Shown here: piece after piece, positions 1 through 12,389 of the stretch
How the letters are laid out: every line of letters starts with the position of its first letter
How positions within the stretch are numbered: the stretch's first letter is position 1
Position numbers and translations under genes: made by a program
Notes under the pieces: generated by a model
The model's database searches: none
Told to the model about the DNA's origin: nothing
What the model saw: only the letters and a program-made list of their open reading frames with translations
Assembly: GCF_004010195.1 (NCBI RefSeq)
Contig: NC_057720.1
Location: 22,286,243-22,350,242 of the forward strand
Source of the DNA: Chiloscyllium plagiosum
Taxonomy: Eukaryota
Length of the DNA: 64,000 nt
Reading direction: 5' to 3'

Positions 1-496
1 ACCAAATGATCTCTTCCTGTATGGGGGATGCCGCTGACTGAGCCAGCATTTATCGCCCATCCCTAGTTGACCTTAAAAAGATGATGTTGAGCAATTTTCT
101 TACTCTGCTGCAGTCCATTTACTGCAGGTAGACCTATAGTATCACTAAGGAGCAAATGCAAGGGTTTGGGTCTACGACAAGGTCTAAGGAACTTGTTGAA
201 TTGAATGGGACTTTTTAAGGCATTGCTTTTTCAATCACTTCGCACGATTTGAAAAAAGAATCAAATAGAAACAAGACAACAGAGGTTCAGGGTAGTGAAG
301 AGGTGAGCAACAATTAATGTATGACATGAAGGAATGGAACATATACACAGTAGTGTGCAGCTAAAATTAGAATCAGAATAAGTAATAATGGCAAAAAGGC
401 AAATCCTAAAACTCTTTTGCTGAATACACACACCATTTGTAACAAGATTACACAAATAGAAATAAATGAACATGACTTGATAACTATTACAGAGGT

Positions 497-700
497 GAAA
501 ATGTGTTGCTGGAAAAGCGCAGTAGGTCAGGCAGCATCCAGGGAACAGGAGAATCGACGTTTCGGGCATAAGCCCTTCTTCAGGCTTACGCCCGAAACGT
601 CGATTCTCCTGTTCCCTGCATGCTGCCTGACCTGCTGCGCTTTTCCAGCAACACATTTTCAGCTTTGATCTCCAGCATCTGCAGACCTCACTTTCTCCTC
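497..700. mobile_element. Short palindromic PLE-end insertion with hammerhead motif
   Basis: 15-bp TSD aactattacagaggt at 482-496 and 701-715; inverted arms 496-574/583-661; same sequence family as the PLE ends at 46933 and 51400-51541. Confidence 0.85.
554..584 (-). ncRNA. Minimal hammerhead ribozyme motif (intact core)
   Basis: Minus strand cCUGAAGA-a-GGGC-uuau-GCCC-GAAA-CGUCga matches the CUGANGA/stem II/GAAA/NUH pattern. Confidence 0.65.
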
Positions 701-959
701 AACTATTACAGAGGTATGATTACAGGATGACCAAGATTGAGAAGTATATTCAAGGGTATTCAACTTTCCAGAAGAGCTGGCATAAAGCGAAAAGTAGGTG
801 AGGTAGATTTGTAAATAAAGAAAGATATCAACGCAGTGGTGAATAACGATTATATAGGTGTAATAGATTGTGATGTGGAATCAGTCTGTGTAGAAGACAG
901 GGGATGCAAGGGAGAAAGGTTAGAGGTGGAAGATGTCTTTAAAACCCTGAATAATTCAT

Positions 960-1660
960 TGAATCATAGAGTACAGAAGGAGACCATTCGACCCATTGTG
1001 TCTGTACTGGCTCCCAAAAGAGCTACCCAGCTGGTCCCACTCTCCCACCGTATCTCCATAGCCGGAGGTGGGTACTGCAGATGCTTGAGATTAGAGTCAA
1101 GATTAGAGTGGTGCTGAAAAAGCTCAGCAGGTCAGGCAGCATCTGAGAAGCATGAAAATCGATGTTTTGGGCAAAAGCCCTTCATCAGGAATTCCAGCAC
1201 CACTCTAATCTTGACTCCTAATTCCATAGCCCTCTAACTTCATCACTTTCAAATATATATCCAGCTCTCTTTTGAAATCTCCTATAGAATCCATCGCCAT
1301 CACTCTCTTAGACAGCGCATTCCAAATCATAACAACTCACTGAGTAAAGAAGTTTCCCCTCATATAACTCCAAGCTCTCTTGCTGACAATCTTGAAATTA
1401 TGACTCCTAGTTACTGATATACTAACTAGTGGAAACAGAATATCCTTCTTTGTCCTGTCAAAACTGTTCATAATTTTAAACACTTCAGTATGGTCACCTC
1501 TTAATCTTCCCTGCTGCAAGGAGAACAAGCCCAACTTCTCTAATTTTTCCTTGTATCTAATATCATCATTCCTTGTATGACTCTGGTAAATCTCCTTTGA
1601 ACTCTCTCCAGTGTTTTAACATCCTTCTATAAATAAGGTGGTCAGAATTGAACACAATAA
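960..1660 (-). mobile_element. CR1-type LINE 3' end containing a PLE-end fragment at ~1062-1220
   Basis: ORF 1337-1534: GLFSLQQGRLRGDHTEVFKIM..LFPLV..TRSHNFKI..NFFTQ is a CR1 ORF2 C-terminal motif; gaatcataga-type tail at 960. Confidence 0.8.
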
Positions 1661-1885
1661 ATTGTCCCAGATTAGAACAAAGTTACAAATCCAGAAATAA
1701 TGGAGGCTTTGTTAGAAAAGTGTAATAACTGACATCTGGAGAGGTTGACGTTGCTCAATCCAAGAGATTAGGGTGTGAGCAGGAAAGTGGAGTTGAAGGC
1801 CAAAACCAGCCATGATTGTTTTAAATGACGGAGTAAACTTGATGGGCATTGTTTAATGATGAATCCTCATCACTGCTCATCACAC

Positions 1886-3885
1886 TGTATGAGTTGTCTT
1901 GACTCTCAATCAACATAAAGATAGATTTGCCGTCACCATGCTCCTAATGGGTTTGAATCTTCAGATCCTGCTTTTTCCTTGAGTAGTAGAAGAAAATCAC
2001 CATATCTTCTAATGAGAGAAGTTTCTTGACTTACATATCAGCTAAGAGCAGTTATAGGCTCCTTGAGCCCATTACAACTTGGATGATCTGACAGTAACCT
2101 CAAATTCACATTCCCAGTTGCCCCCAATATCCATTTTATTCCCTTGCCCAGCAAGAAACCATCCACCCTTCAATAAGTTGCAGGTTAATGCAAGACAGAA
2201 ATCAGGAACAAATTACATTTGGAAGACAGACATTGTTACTAAGAGATCTACAGTAATGGGCCCGACACCTTTTAGGTCCTACCATGATTGACCTTGCCCG
2301 CCGAAAGCCTTCTTCCAATTGCATTTGGGTAAAACTCAATACAGTCTGCTGTTTTCATGCTTTCAGAACCCTTACATTTTACAGCACCTCCCTTCATTTT
2401 TTTAACCAATAATTAACACTAATATATTCATCCACATAATTACATCTAACACTGCACCATCAGTCCAAAGTTTCTAACTTCACAATGAAGAAAGTCTGGA
2501 GGTTTCACAATTCTTCCAGAATGCATTCTCTTTGTAATTGGATGATCAGTAGATTTTTGGCATGAGGACTGTTGATCTTTAATCCGTTGTGGACTGTATG
2601 AGGTCTGTAAAGTCTCTCTCCACTGGAGCAGTTTTTATCTCTTGGATGTCCTTTACAGAAAATGAACCTCCTGCTGAAGGATGCAATTGGTCCATTATCT
2701 CACATGGAGGACACTTAATCCCCTGAATAAGTTCTGCAGAGGATCTTTTTCCTGCAGAAACAGGCAATTGCTTCAATCTGGGAAAGCTTTTAATCTCATG
2801 AATGTATTTCATGGAAGACTGCTGCCCTGATCAAACACATATTTTCTTTCTTCTCTTGCAGAATCTTGGATTTTAAAGCCAGGCTTCTTGACAGTATCCT
2901 GCTTCTTGACTGTGTTCTGAATCTACAGACATTGATTGTTTCACCTTAGTGCTGATTTCCATGCAGCCCATCTTCAATCTGCTGATACGCCTGTGTTCAT
3001 AGAATCATAGAATCCCTACACTGTGGAAACAGGCCATTTGGCCCACCAAGTCCACACCGACCTCTGGAGAGTATCCCACCTAGACCGATTCCGCTACCCC
3101 TATTACTCTACATTTCTCCTGTCTAATGCAGCCAAACTACACATCCCTGAACACTGTGGAAACTTTAGCATGGCCAATTCACCTAATATGCACATCTTTG
3201 GACTGTGGGAGGAAACGGGAGCACCCGGAGAAAACCCACGCTGACACGGGCGAATGTGCAAACTCCACACAGTCACCTGTGCCTGGAATCAAACCCAGGT
3301 CCCAGGCGCTGTAAGGCAGCAGTGCTAACCACTGAATCACCGTGCTGCTCCTTGTCAAATATGCAAACTCTGAGCTTGTACTTGTTCATTCACCTTTTGT
3401 GTTTATCTTCCCGGTGGACATAACATATTAAGATCCTTAGTCTTGCTCTTTGTGAGCTGTTGGTTGTTTAGTATGTCCCATGTCACAGGTGCTGATTATC
3501 CTTCATTGGAAGATGAAGAAATGAAATATTCTGCTGGAACTTGTGTTGTGACATCAAATTCAAATCCACTAGTACAATTTCTTCACTGGGCTGCATTGCT
3601 GTCTGAATAACTTCATTTCAAGTTTAATCAATGAGGTCAAACAGGTCCTACTGCTCATTATCTTTCTCATCACTTATGTCTTCTTGCAAATTTTGCTGAT
3701 TTTGTCGTCTGAACTCTTCAGTGTTTATAGGACACGTTTCTGCCAATTCTGTGCAGTCACAGATTTCCAGCTGGTTGACAATATGAAGCCATTCAATTGC
3801 ATAGGTAATCTCAAAAGGTTCCTTCTCATTTTTGCGTTCTCCCATGTATTATTAACTGTTTACACAACTATCATTTCCTTTCTAA
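1886..3885 (-). mobile_element. Decayed Gypsy (Mag-like) LTR retrotransposon 3' end: integrase C-terminal tail, polypurine tract, probable 3' LTR
   Basis: Minus-strand frames give MRRNLLRLP (~3810-3835) and TKRMHSGRIVKPPDFL (~2490-2537), like the RRNRxHL and TRSGRxVKPPxRL motifs; then purine run aaaaaaatgaagggagg (2387-2403) followed by TG; many stops; LTR end is a guess. Confidence 0.5.
2998..3348 (-). mobile_element. HE1-like V-SINE (tRNA head, V domain, CR1-like tail)
   Basis: Minus strand: gcacggtgattcagtggttagcactgc head, gtgtggagtttgcacattc V-domain core, (ttctatga)n tail. Confidence 0.9.
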
Positions 3886-4343
3886 AAACTAAAAGATCTG
3901 TGTTGGGAAAACGCAGCAGCTCTGGCAGCATCTGCGGACAGAAATCAAATTGTAAAGTTCTGGGTCCAGTTACCCTTCTTCAGAACTGATGGCGGTTAGA
4001 AAAATGTTGATTTTTATGCTGAAGATAGAATTGCGGGGGGGGGGGGGGAGGAAGTAATGGTTAAATGATAGGTGGAAATAGAGTGCAAAAAAAAATGGAA
4101 CAGTTGGACAGACAGAGGACTGGCTAACAGTCAACCTAGGTGAATGAATGGCTGCTAATGGGAACTATCAGTGGCTAAAAATGGGCAGTGTGTAATAGTG
4201 CACTATGTGACAACAAGACCTGGTGTGGGGTTGGGGTAAGGACATGGGACAAGGTGTCACAAGCCCTGAAATTGTTGAGCTCAATATTAAGACAAGGAGG
4301 CTGTGGAGCTCCCAAGTAGAAAATGAGGTGCTGTTCTTCCACC
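3886..4343 (-). mobile_element. Decayed PLE 3' fragment
   Basis: cagcagctctggcagcatctg...cccttcttcagaact end motif; gaaaatgaggtgctgttcttcc resembles the end of the GIY-YIG region. Confidence 0.55.
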
Positions 4344-5984
4344 TACAGAATTTTGAAAGATAAAGACCAATACATCCTCTCTCTCTTTGTAGCCACCTCT
4401 TTCAGACTAAGTAGGTTATGTGGAGAAAAATACTGCTGCCAATTCAATGGGCTGAATCATTCATTTCTTTGCTCTGACGTTCTGTGGTTCTGCCAGGTCT
4501 ATAATATCCACAATACTGATAATAGTTACTATGACATTCATCAAGCTCCAACCTGACAAGCCACACACATACTATTCAGCCACCAATGGGCTAAATAACT
4601 CTTTGATTCAATAATGCTTTGGTTTAAATCATATTGCAGTAGCTTCGCTTTTCTTATGTATTTTAATGCTTGGTAAATTTTCTGTCTTTTCTCCTGTTAC
4701 CAATATTTCTGCAAATAAAGCCAGCATTTTTAAATTGAATGGTACAGATATATGATGACACACTCTGTAACAGATGGGAGTTGACGATCCAGAGGCAAAA
4801 ACACAATCACTTTGCTACAAGACCATTGTAGAAAGGCTACAAGTTGCTATTTAAACAAGGAATGCTTCCAAGCCAAGGCCACCACTTTTGACATCATTTC
4901 CCATGTTCCCACCCCACACTCTTGGTGGAATACTATATTTGTTCTCTTCAGTAGGCTTTCAATTGGTGCCACACAAGAGTGTCCTTACTTAACAAAATTT
5001 GATCAGGAGGGTGGAGGTGGGGCATGGGAGAGGGAGATGGTGTCTAGCAAAAAGGACCTGGTAGTACTGCTTTCAGATGCAGATACCAGACTGGGGCTAC
5101 CATATAATGAGATAGCAGGGTGCTTTTCGCAAGGCCCACTGGCCACTCATACGTTCCATAACAACTCATGTAATCATATCCACATCCCTTCCCTCCCATT
5201 CCAGTCCATCATACATTCCATACCGTTCCAGACACTCAGACCTCAACCCATCCCAACACAAACCTCTACCTTGGTCTTCTTTAATCCTCATGACAACTTA
5301 ATGCCAGCTTGTGCCAACTATCCACTGCTTTTTGCCCTTACTCCCTCCAAGTTGCCCAGTATCTATCATGGCTAGTCCACAGGAGCCATGTTGTGATGAA
5401 ATTAAATAAAATTATAAACAACCATTATATCCTTCGTTCTATTAAAAAAAAGTCACCCAATTCATGAAACTTCATTCAAAACTCTCAAATTCCCTCAAAT
5501 ACTTAATTCCTTATAAAAACAAGCAGACTTGTATTCAAATCCCCACAGAGACAGCTAATGCTTCAAAACCCTCCTTGAACTATTGATCCAATTTTGAACT
5601 TGGGACTCTGGCTGGGATAATTACAGGTTGTGGAAAGCAGATAACTATTATTAATAACAAAGATTTAAATACATTTGCAGCTTGACAGTTCTATTGATGT
5701 TCTTCTCCTTTGAAGTGTTCACTCTAACATGTGTAACTCCCACAAAGTGGGTTAGGGCCTTTGCTGCAATGAATAGGGATTTCATATGGCCTGAGTTCTG
5801 GTTTTCCTCATGTATCAGTCATCTCAGTCCCTTTTCCCTCATTAGAAAGAAATGCCATTTTACAAGATGCACAGAATTGCAGACACTATAAATGTCTGAG
5901 CAACACAATCCTAATGGTAGACTATAGCATCTAACCCTGGAGATCTGGAGTGTCTGCATGGTCCAATTACTCACAGCATAAACA

Positions 5985-6525
5985 GAGCAGTTGTAGATCT
6001 GTTCATTGAGCTGGGAATTTGGTTTGAAAATGTTTCGTTCCCTTTCTTGGTGACATTTTCAGTGCTGTGGAGCCTCTTGTGAAGTGCTGGTGTACTGTGT
6101 TGGTTGGAGTTTATTTGGTTTTGTTTCCACTGCTTCCGGTTGCTGGTTTCAGTTGTTCTTTGGAGTGATTGGTATATTGAGTCTAGGGCCATGTGTTTAT
6201 TAATGGAGTCCGTGGATGAGTGCCAAGCTTCTAGGAATTCTCTGGCTGTCCTCTGTTTGGCTTGTCCCATTATTGTTGCGTTGTCCCAGTCAAATATGTG
6301 GTCCTTGTTGTCTGTGTGTATAGATAGGTAGTTGTGGCAATTAGTGGCTCGTTGATGCTCATGAATGCAGATCGCTAGTTATCGGTCTGTTTGTCCTATA
6401 TAGTGTTTTGTGCAGTCTCTTGTCTACCACGTTTGTCCTGCACATGATGGGTATTGGGTCTTTTGTTCTGGTGAGTTGTTTGAGTGTGGCTGTTGTCATC
6501 TTGAGTCTGACAATGTCCCACGAGT
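5985..6525 (-). mobile_element. PLE family B, GIY-YIG C-terminus plus 3' end
   Basis: ORF 5971-6270 GQAKQRTAREFLEAWHSSTDSINKHMALDSIYQSLQ; upstream LTRTKDPIPIMCRTNVV; homologous to 18740-19165 and 43647-44125. Confidence 0.85.
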
Positions 6526-7244
6526 GAGAGTAAACCGAAGAGAAATTATTTATCACTTTTAACTTCTGCAACAAAATACGAATTTTTGACTCTACCCACG
6601 TACTCACTTGGGCACCTGTTGAGAAGACATTAATGTTGCAAATAAAGGTTTCATCTGTTAATGAGCAGGTGCTATGTCTTGTAACAGTTATGACTGTCTA
6701 TTATTCAAACATCACCTGCTCTCATTTATCATTGTCAACTCCAGACTGGATAAAAATTGTAAAAGAAGGAGAACTGACTAGTAGCTGTATGATTGTGTAC
6801 TAATCTAAGCAGTTCATTTGCTTACTACATGTGATTTTATTAATGACTGATGTCTCATCTTGTGCAGACGGCAGAAGCTGTCAACAATAATTGCATTTAT
6901 GTAGTGCTTTTAACATGGAAATATGTCCCAAGGCATAAGAAATATCAAATGACAAGCAAATGACAAGAAATATCAAATGACATGAAAGGCTTATTGAGAA
7001 GCAATCAAAAACTTATGTAAAAAGATAGTTTTGAGGGGACAATGCATCTCATGGGCTTTCGGGCCCTTACTCTGGGACCGGATGGGGGTCCCAAGTTCAC
7101 ACTTTCTCAGAATCTGACTGATGAGCTTTCTTCCACCGATATGGCTCCTCATTGGTTTGTGCTTTATTCAGGGTAATGGGTAGGCTCCCAATGCTGTTAG
7201 TACAGTCACGGGACTGGCCGATCTAGAGCCACAGCTACCTCCAG

Positions 7245-7462
7245 GGGTATATGAGATGCTGAAAAGGATTGACAAAGTAGATATAGACAGCATGCTTTCT
7301 CATGTGAGGCAATCTAGAAAGAGAAGTCATAGTTTTAGGACAAGGCATAGCAGATTTAAAACAAAGTTAAGGAGAAATTACTTCTCTCAAAGGGTCACGA
7401 ATCTGTGAAATTCACTCCTACAGAGTGTGGTGGCTGCCGGGACATTGAGTAAATTTTAAGAA
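7245..7462 (+). mobile_element. CR1 LINE 3' fragment
   Basis: Reads VYEMLKRIDKVDI..RSHSFR..RRNYFSQRVTNL. Confidence 0.7.
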
Positions 7463-7689
7463 GGAACTCTTAAATGTGTAATGTTGTATGCCAAAGGTTT
7501 ATAACTGTTAATCTGCAGCTAATGTCTAATTATCTGTCATAAAGAGTAATTCTTGTTCTGAACAGAAACATAGTCCATGCTTTCTCTCAACCAGGGTCTG
7601 AAAGTCAAGTGAAGTGGGAAATTGGGAATACTTACTTTAAAATCTTTAACTTTTGTGAGGACTCTGAGTATTGTAGAACTTGATTTCCA

Positions 7690-8150
7690 GTACATTACCC
7701 CAATGAGTCATGGCATCATCTTCTAGTCTGTACCAAGTCCTAGTCACCCTGGACATTGGCAGCCATTAAGCAGTGCCTTGTTTTTAAAATTCTCATCCCT
7801 ATTTTCAAATTGCATTATAGTCTTGCCCCTTCCTATCTCACTGATCTTCTATAGCACTCCTCCAGTTCTGCTCTCTTAAGCTTCCCCAAGTTGATCAACT
7901 CATTCATTGATGGTGATATCTTCAACCACCAAAATTGTCAGCTCTTGAACTCCCTTTTTAATCCCGTCACCCTATCTATCTCTCTGTTCTTCTTTACGTT
8001 GCTTCCCACAACCTACCTCTTTGATGAAGCTTTTAGTTATCTGCCACAGTACCACCCGTTGTGACTTTGTGTCAAATTTATTTTGTTCGTGCTCTTGTGA
8101 AACACCGCGAGGTGCTTACGCTTTGAAAGGATGCTGTACAAATATAATGC
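7690..8150 (+). mobile_element. Decayed L2-type LINE 3' end
   Basis: cattggcagccattaagcagtgccttgtttttaaaattctc...cttgccccttcctatctc resembles HWLPxxxRIxFKIL...LAPxYL. Confidence 0.6.
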
Positions 8151-8976
8151 TGCAGTCGTTGTTAGGAAGCAAGCCAGGAGGGCACTGAACAGAACCAATC
8201 TAGAGGTGGCAAAGAAGTGAATGAGTTTTTCAGCAGCAATAGAAGGCAGAAGTGGCGGAAGGCAATGTTACAGAGGTGCAATTTGGTAGGGTTGTGATGG
8301 ACAGGCTTCAGTGTTGGAAACTCATCTCAGATCGAGCAGGACATCAAGAATGCAAAACATTTGGTACAACCTGATAGTGGCAGTGGAAGTGAGCAAGATT
8401 AATAATGGGACTGATGCTAATAACTTTGACTTTTCATGATATTAGCTGGAACAAATTGTGGCTTATCAAGGGCCCTATTGCAAAGGAATAGTCAGTGGAG
8501 GAGTTGACAGACATAAATCTGGGCTCCATTAGCATGTATTTGGAAAGTGATCCAGTTCTGTAGATGTGGCATTGTCAAGCAATTGCAGAAGGTGAGGAAG
8601 GGGAGGGAGATGAGAACAGATTCTTGGGGAATCTCCTGACATGGACCATTTTGAGATACAACAGAACAATCCGAAGAATTCCTCTCAATAACTTTCCTAC
8701 CTGTTGCATCCTTCACCATTGGGTAATAACTTTTGTATTTCTGCCAACTGTCAAATAATAGCAGTTCCTGATGGTTGGCAAAGGCCAGAATGACATTAGA
8801 TAACTATTTTATGAGTAGAATAAATGGGATGCTTCATAAATAATACTTTTAAAGGTATGCACAGAATTCAGAATATGGGACTGTTTTCAATAGCCCAAGT
8901 CTACCTTGGCAAACACACCAGCCTATTCTTGGTTACAGTATCTCAGCAGTCAGGAGGAACACCCAATACTGTCGTA

Positions 8977-9122
8977 AGGGTGGTCGAGCATGAGCCTTGG
9001 TGGAAGGTGTGTACAGTAGCAGAGATAGAGCGAGTGTGAGGTATCACAAAGAAAATACCTCACACTCACTCTATCTCTGCTACTGTACACACCTTCCACC
9101 AAGGCTCATGCTCGACCACCCT
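8977..9122. repeat. Near-perfect inverted repeat, 68-bp arms, 10-nt loop
   Basis: 8977-9044 is the reverse complement of 9055-9122 with one mismatch (9031/9068). Confidence 0.97.
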
Positions 9123-9269
9123 CACAATTGCCTGCAACATCTTCCTTCACATGTTGTCACCCACTACTAAACCGCAGACTCTCTCCGCTGCCTACTCATT
9201 CTCTCAGACATCACGCTACCTGAACCAGCAGTAACAGCTGTGACACTTACTTCATTCTCCATAATACCT

Positions 9270-9270
9270 G

Positions 9271-9302
<32 letters not shown>
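9270..9302. repeat. (CT)n microsatellite
   Basis: Read directly; similar tracts at ~16416-16438, ~22567-22590 and (GT)n at ~36662-36677. Confidence 0.9.
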
Positions 9303-9539
9303 GTTCCAGAGGAAAAACAGCCCATAAAAGTGTCAATACAGCTGTTGGACTATGCTACCTGCAGCTGTTCAGCCCTCATGTGGAACGGATCCTGACTCTG
9401 AATGCCTTGAGCAGGCCCTGGAATCAGAGGCTGCCCTTGCTTTACTGGACTGGGAACCCATAAGCGAAGGCCAGGCCCCTTGAATTGGCCAGCTGGCAAC
9501 TCAGACAAGTGCAGAAATTGAATGGAGAAACGTAGAGAT

Positions 9540-10700
9540 CTCCATTGTGTTGGGAAACTTCAAGAGGCTACACAGTTAAGGGAGAACAAGATCACAAAGG
9601 GATATGGAAGCAAGACAAGAATTAAAAAATCAAAGCATTGGCAAGTCAGGAGCTAATAAAGGTCAATGAGCAGAGTAGTGATCAGTGAGTGGGACTTGGT
9701 GCAAGTGAAGATGCATTTTGGATGGGTTTGTTAAACTCTTATGAAGTGTATAAAGTGGGATGCTGACCAGTGAAGAAGGGCTTATGCCCGAAACGTCGAT
9801 TCTCCTGTTCCTTGGATGCTGCCTGACCTGCTGTGCTTTTCCAGCAACACATTTTCAGTGCTGACCAGTAAGCCTTTGCATCGTCAGGTCTCGAGGCAAC
9901 AATGTCATGAATGAAGGCTTCGGCTGCAGGGTGATCTGAGGCTTGGGTGAACACAGACCGAAGTAAACAGTATTTGTAATGGAGTCGATATTGGGTTGGA
10001 AGCTGAGGGTCAGATAGGACTCTAAAACTGTGAACAGTCTATTTTAACTTTAAACAGAAGCCAGGGGCAGCCTGACAGCAAGTTCCCGGAATTTGTGCCA
10101 CAGGTACTCAAGATCACAGCTTCAATTTTTCAAACTGAAGTAAATTCCAGCGTATCCAATATGGATGTCAGACAAGCAGTGTAACAAATCAGGGAATTAG
10201 GGAATAGTGAAGCGATGGTGTGGTATAGTTGAGTGTTGTTAGCATACATGTGGAACCTGAGACTTTTTCAGAGGATGTCATTGCACAGCCGTGTGTTGAT
10301 GAGAAAAAGGAGAGGGTCAAGATTATCTGGGACACTCTAGCAGTATTAGTGTAGCCATGAGAAGAGAAGGCATTGCATGTGATTCACTTGCTTAGACTGA
10401 CTCTGACTTAAGGATAATAAAGGAATCAGGTGAGGGCAGCTACATGTGGGTGAGAAGTGCAAGATGATAGCATAGTCGGTCGTATCAAAGGTTGCAGACA
10501 GTTTTAGAAGCTCGAGAGCAAATAATTTACTTTTATTACAGTCACACAGGATTTTGCAACTTTGATAAAGGCTGTTTCGGTTCCGGGTTGGAGTGGTAAC
10601 CTGGTAGGTTCGAACATGGTGTGGTGGAAAAGATTGAAGCAGATTCGGAAGGTGATAACACATTTCCATTTGAGAGAAATGGACAGTGGCAACAGTGCAG
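9540..10700 (-). mobile_element. Decayed L2-type LINE RT region
   Basis: Minus frames: GTETAFIKV...LELLKLSATFDTTDYAI, like the L2 motif STETALxKV...LLDLSAAFDTVDH; gcatacatgtggaacct resembles FHMYA(DD). Confidence 0.65.
9772..9858 (+). mobile_element. 87-bp PLE-end insertion with truncated hammerhead motif
   Basis: 11-bp TSD tgctgaccagt at 9761-9771 and 9859-9869. Confidence 0.85.
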
Positions 10701-12389
10701 ATTGAATACTATGATTGCCTAAAATGTTTAGTAGATGTGGTAATTCATCTTTTCAAGTAAGTGACATAGAAGCATTATGGTAGTTGAAATTATTTTCTTA
10801 AAGTGTAGCAATAAGAAATCCCTTCATTAAATAACTTATTTGATACATCTTGACATGAAATCTTATCCAGGTACTTTACTGTCTGAAACAGTTTATAATT
10901 TTGCTAAGCTTATACTAATATTACAACACAACCAGTATCATAATGATAAAGACAAATACATATTTAATTGAAGACTTTGTGGATTACCTATTTATTCCAT
11001 TTATGGACATTACAAGTTTTTTCAAATTTTAAAAGATATAGTAGTGATTTTTTTTTAAAGATCAGTAGAGCATTTGATTGCTGTACATTTTCCATAATGC
11101 ATAAGAGGACCCATTTTCTGTGTTTCAATACCATTAATTTCCTCTGCTCAACCAAGGCAGATAAGGTAATGCATATTAAGAGTAATTATATTAAAGTGTG
11201 ATCTTTTAGTAATTCATCACTAAAAGGATCTTTTTTTCATTCTAAAACATCACAACAATTTAAAAACTGAAGAGTTGATAAAGCTGATAACATCAGTAAT
11301 TTGAATTCCATGAAGCTGCGAGAGCATCCATTTCTAACAATAAATCCTTGTGTCACATAATTACAGTAACTTAGAAGGAACCAAGCATTAATCATGACAA
11401 GTAATTGCAACTGAAAATTCAGAACACCTCTGTTAGCACACCCTGACATGCTTTAGTCCATCATTTAATACGTACTGAGTTCAACACCAGGTGTAAAATT
11501 CACCTCGTGTTAAAAAAAGTATAAATTTAAACACAGCTGTTCGTGATCCAGTTTTGGGACTGAAATAAAAGTTTTTGACAAAATATTACAACCTAGATCT
11601 CATTGGTTCCATTCCATTAGTAAATACTATCTGTCAATTGTTTTAAAAATTATCTAATAGCCCCTAGATTTCAATTGATGCATCATGAGTGACTTAGATT
11701 TTGCGCTGAGTTTTTTTGTTTGGACTTTTTAAACATAAAAGGCAAATTAATTCATGCCAAGATTTAGCAGTTGTTTAATCTACATTTGCAAAACACACTA
11801 TTAAAATGCTTTGAGCCATATTTATGATTAATAATCCAAAGTTTCAAAAAACTGCTCACCTGTAGGCTCTTCATTCATCAAAGTAAGTTATCCCTCACAC
11901 TGAAAATAGTGCACAAGACAGTCAGCTTGCCACCATGGGAAATACGAGGACTAGAGATCTGCCTTTTCAAAGCCTATTAATCTTGAACCTTGTGACCTCT
12001 TCCTTTCCATACATTTATAGATGTATATATGTACAGCACCCTCATGTGGCCATGTTCCATCTTTTAACTAGGAGGGTGACACAAAGATCTTTATTTAGAA
12101 AAGCAAGCGATACTATATATACCTTTTATGCTTCTCCAAATGGTTTTTAAGCTAGGGGTAAATAACTTGGGAAAGAACAATATCACAGACTTTGTTAATG
12201 CCTGCGGTGACATTCATCTGCTTTTTGGTCATCATATCCCAAAATAATAAAACATCAGATCGATCACACAGCTGAATCTTTTGCAATAATAGGAACAAGG
12301 GCAATGTGGATACAAAGTAAGCTGAATGATAGGAAACAGAACAGTGATGACTGGTTGTTTTTAAAATTGGAGAAATGCATATAGTAGAA

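Larger units (their letters stand above)
340..955 (+). mobile_element. Decayed CR1-type LINE, apurinic-like endonuclease region, interrupted by a PLE-derived palindrome
   Basis: Translation LNTHTICNK..QIEINEHDLITITE, then IQGYSTFQK after the insertion, resembles the CR1 ORF2 N-terminus (LNARSI.NK...DLIAITETWL...IQGY..FRKDR); stops and frameshifts present. Confidence 0.7.

Noticed and set aside
4812..5375. 187-aa ORF
   Set aside because: Non-ATG start, no recognisable motif, spans low-complexity repeat-like DNA
6937..6982. Short direct repeats (aagaaatatcaaatgaca); similar at 34580-34612 and 37659-37690
   Set aside because: Local slippage duplications; no repeat-spacer array, and the eukaryotic context excludes CRISPR
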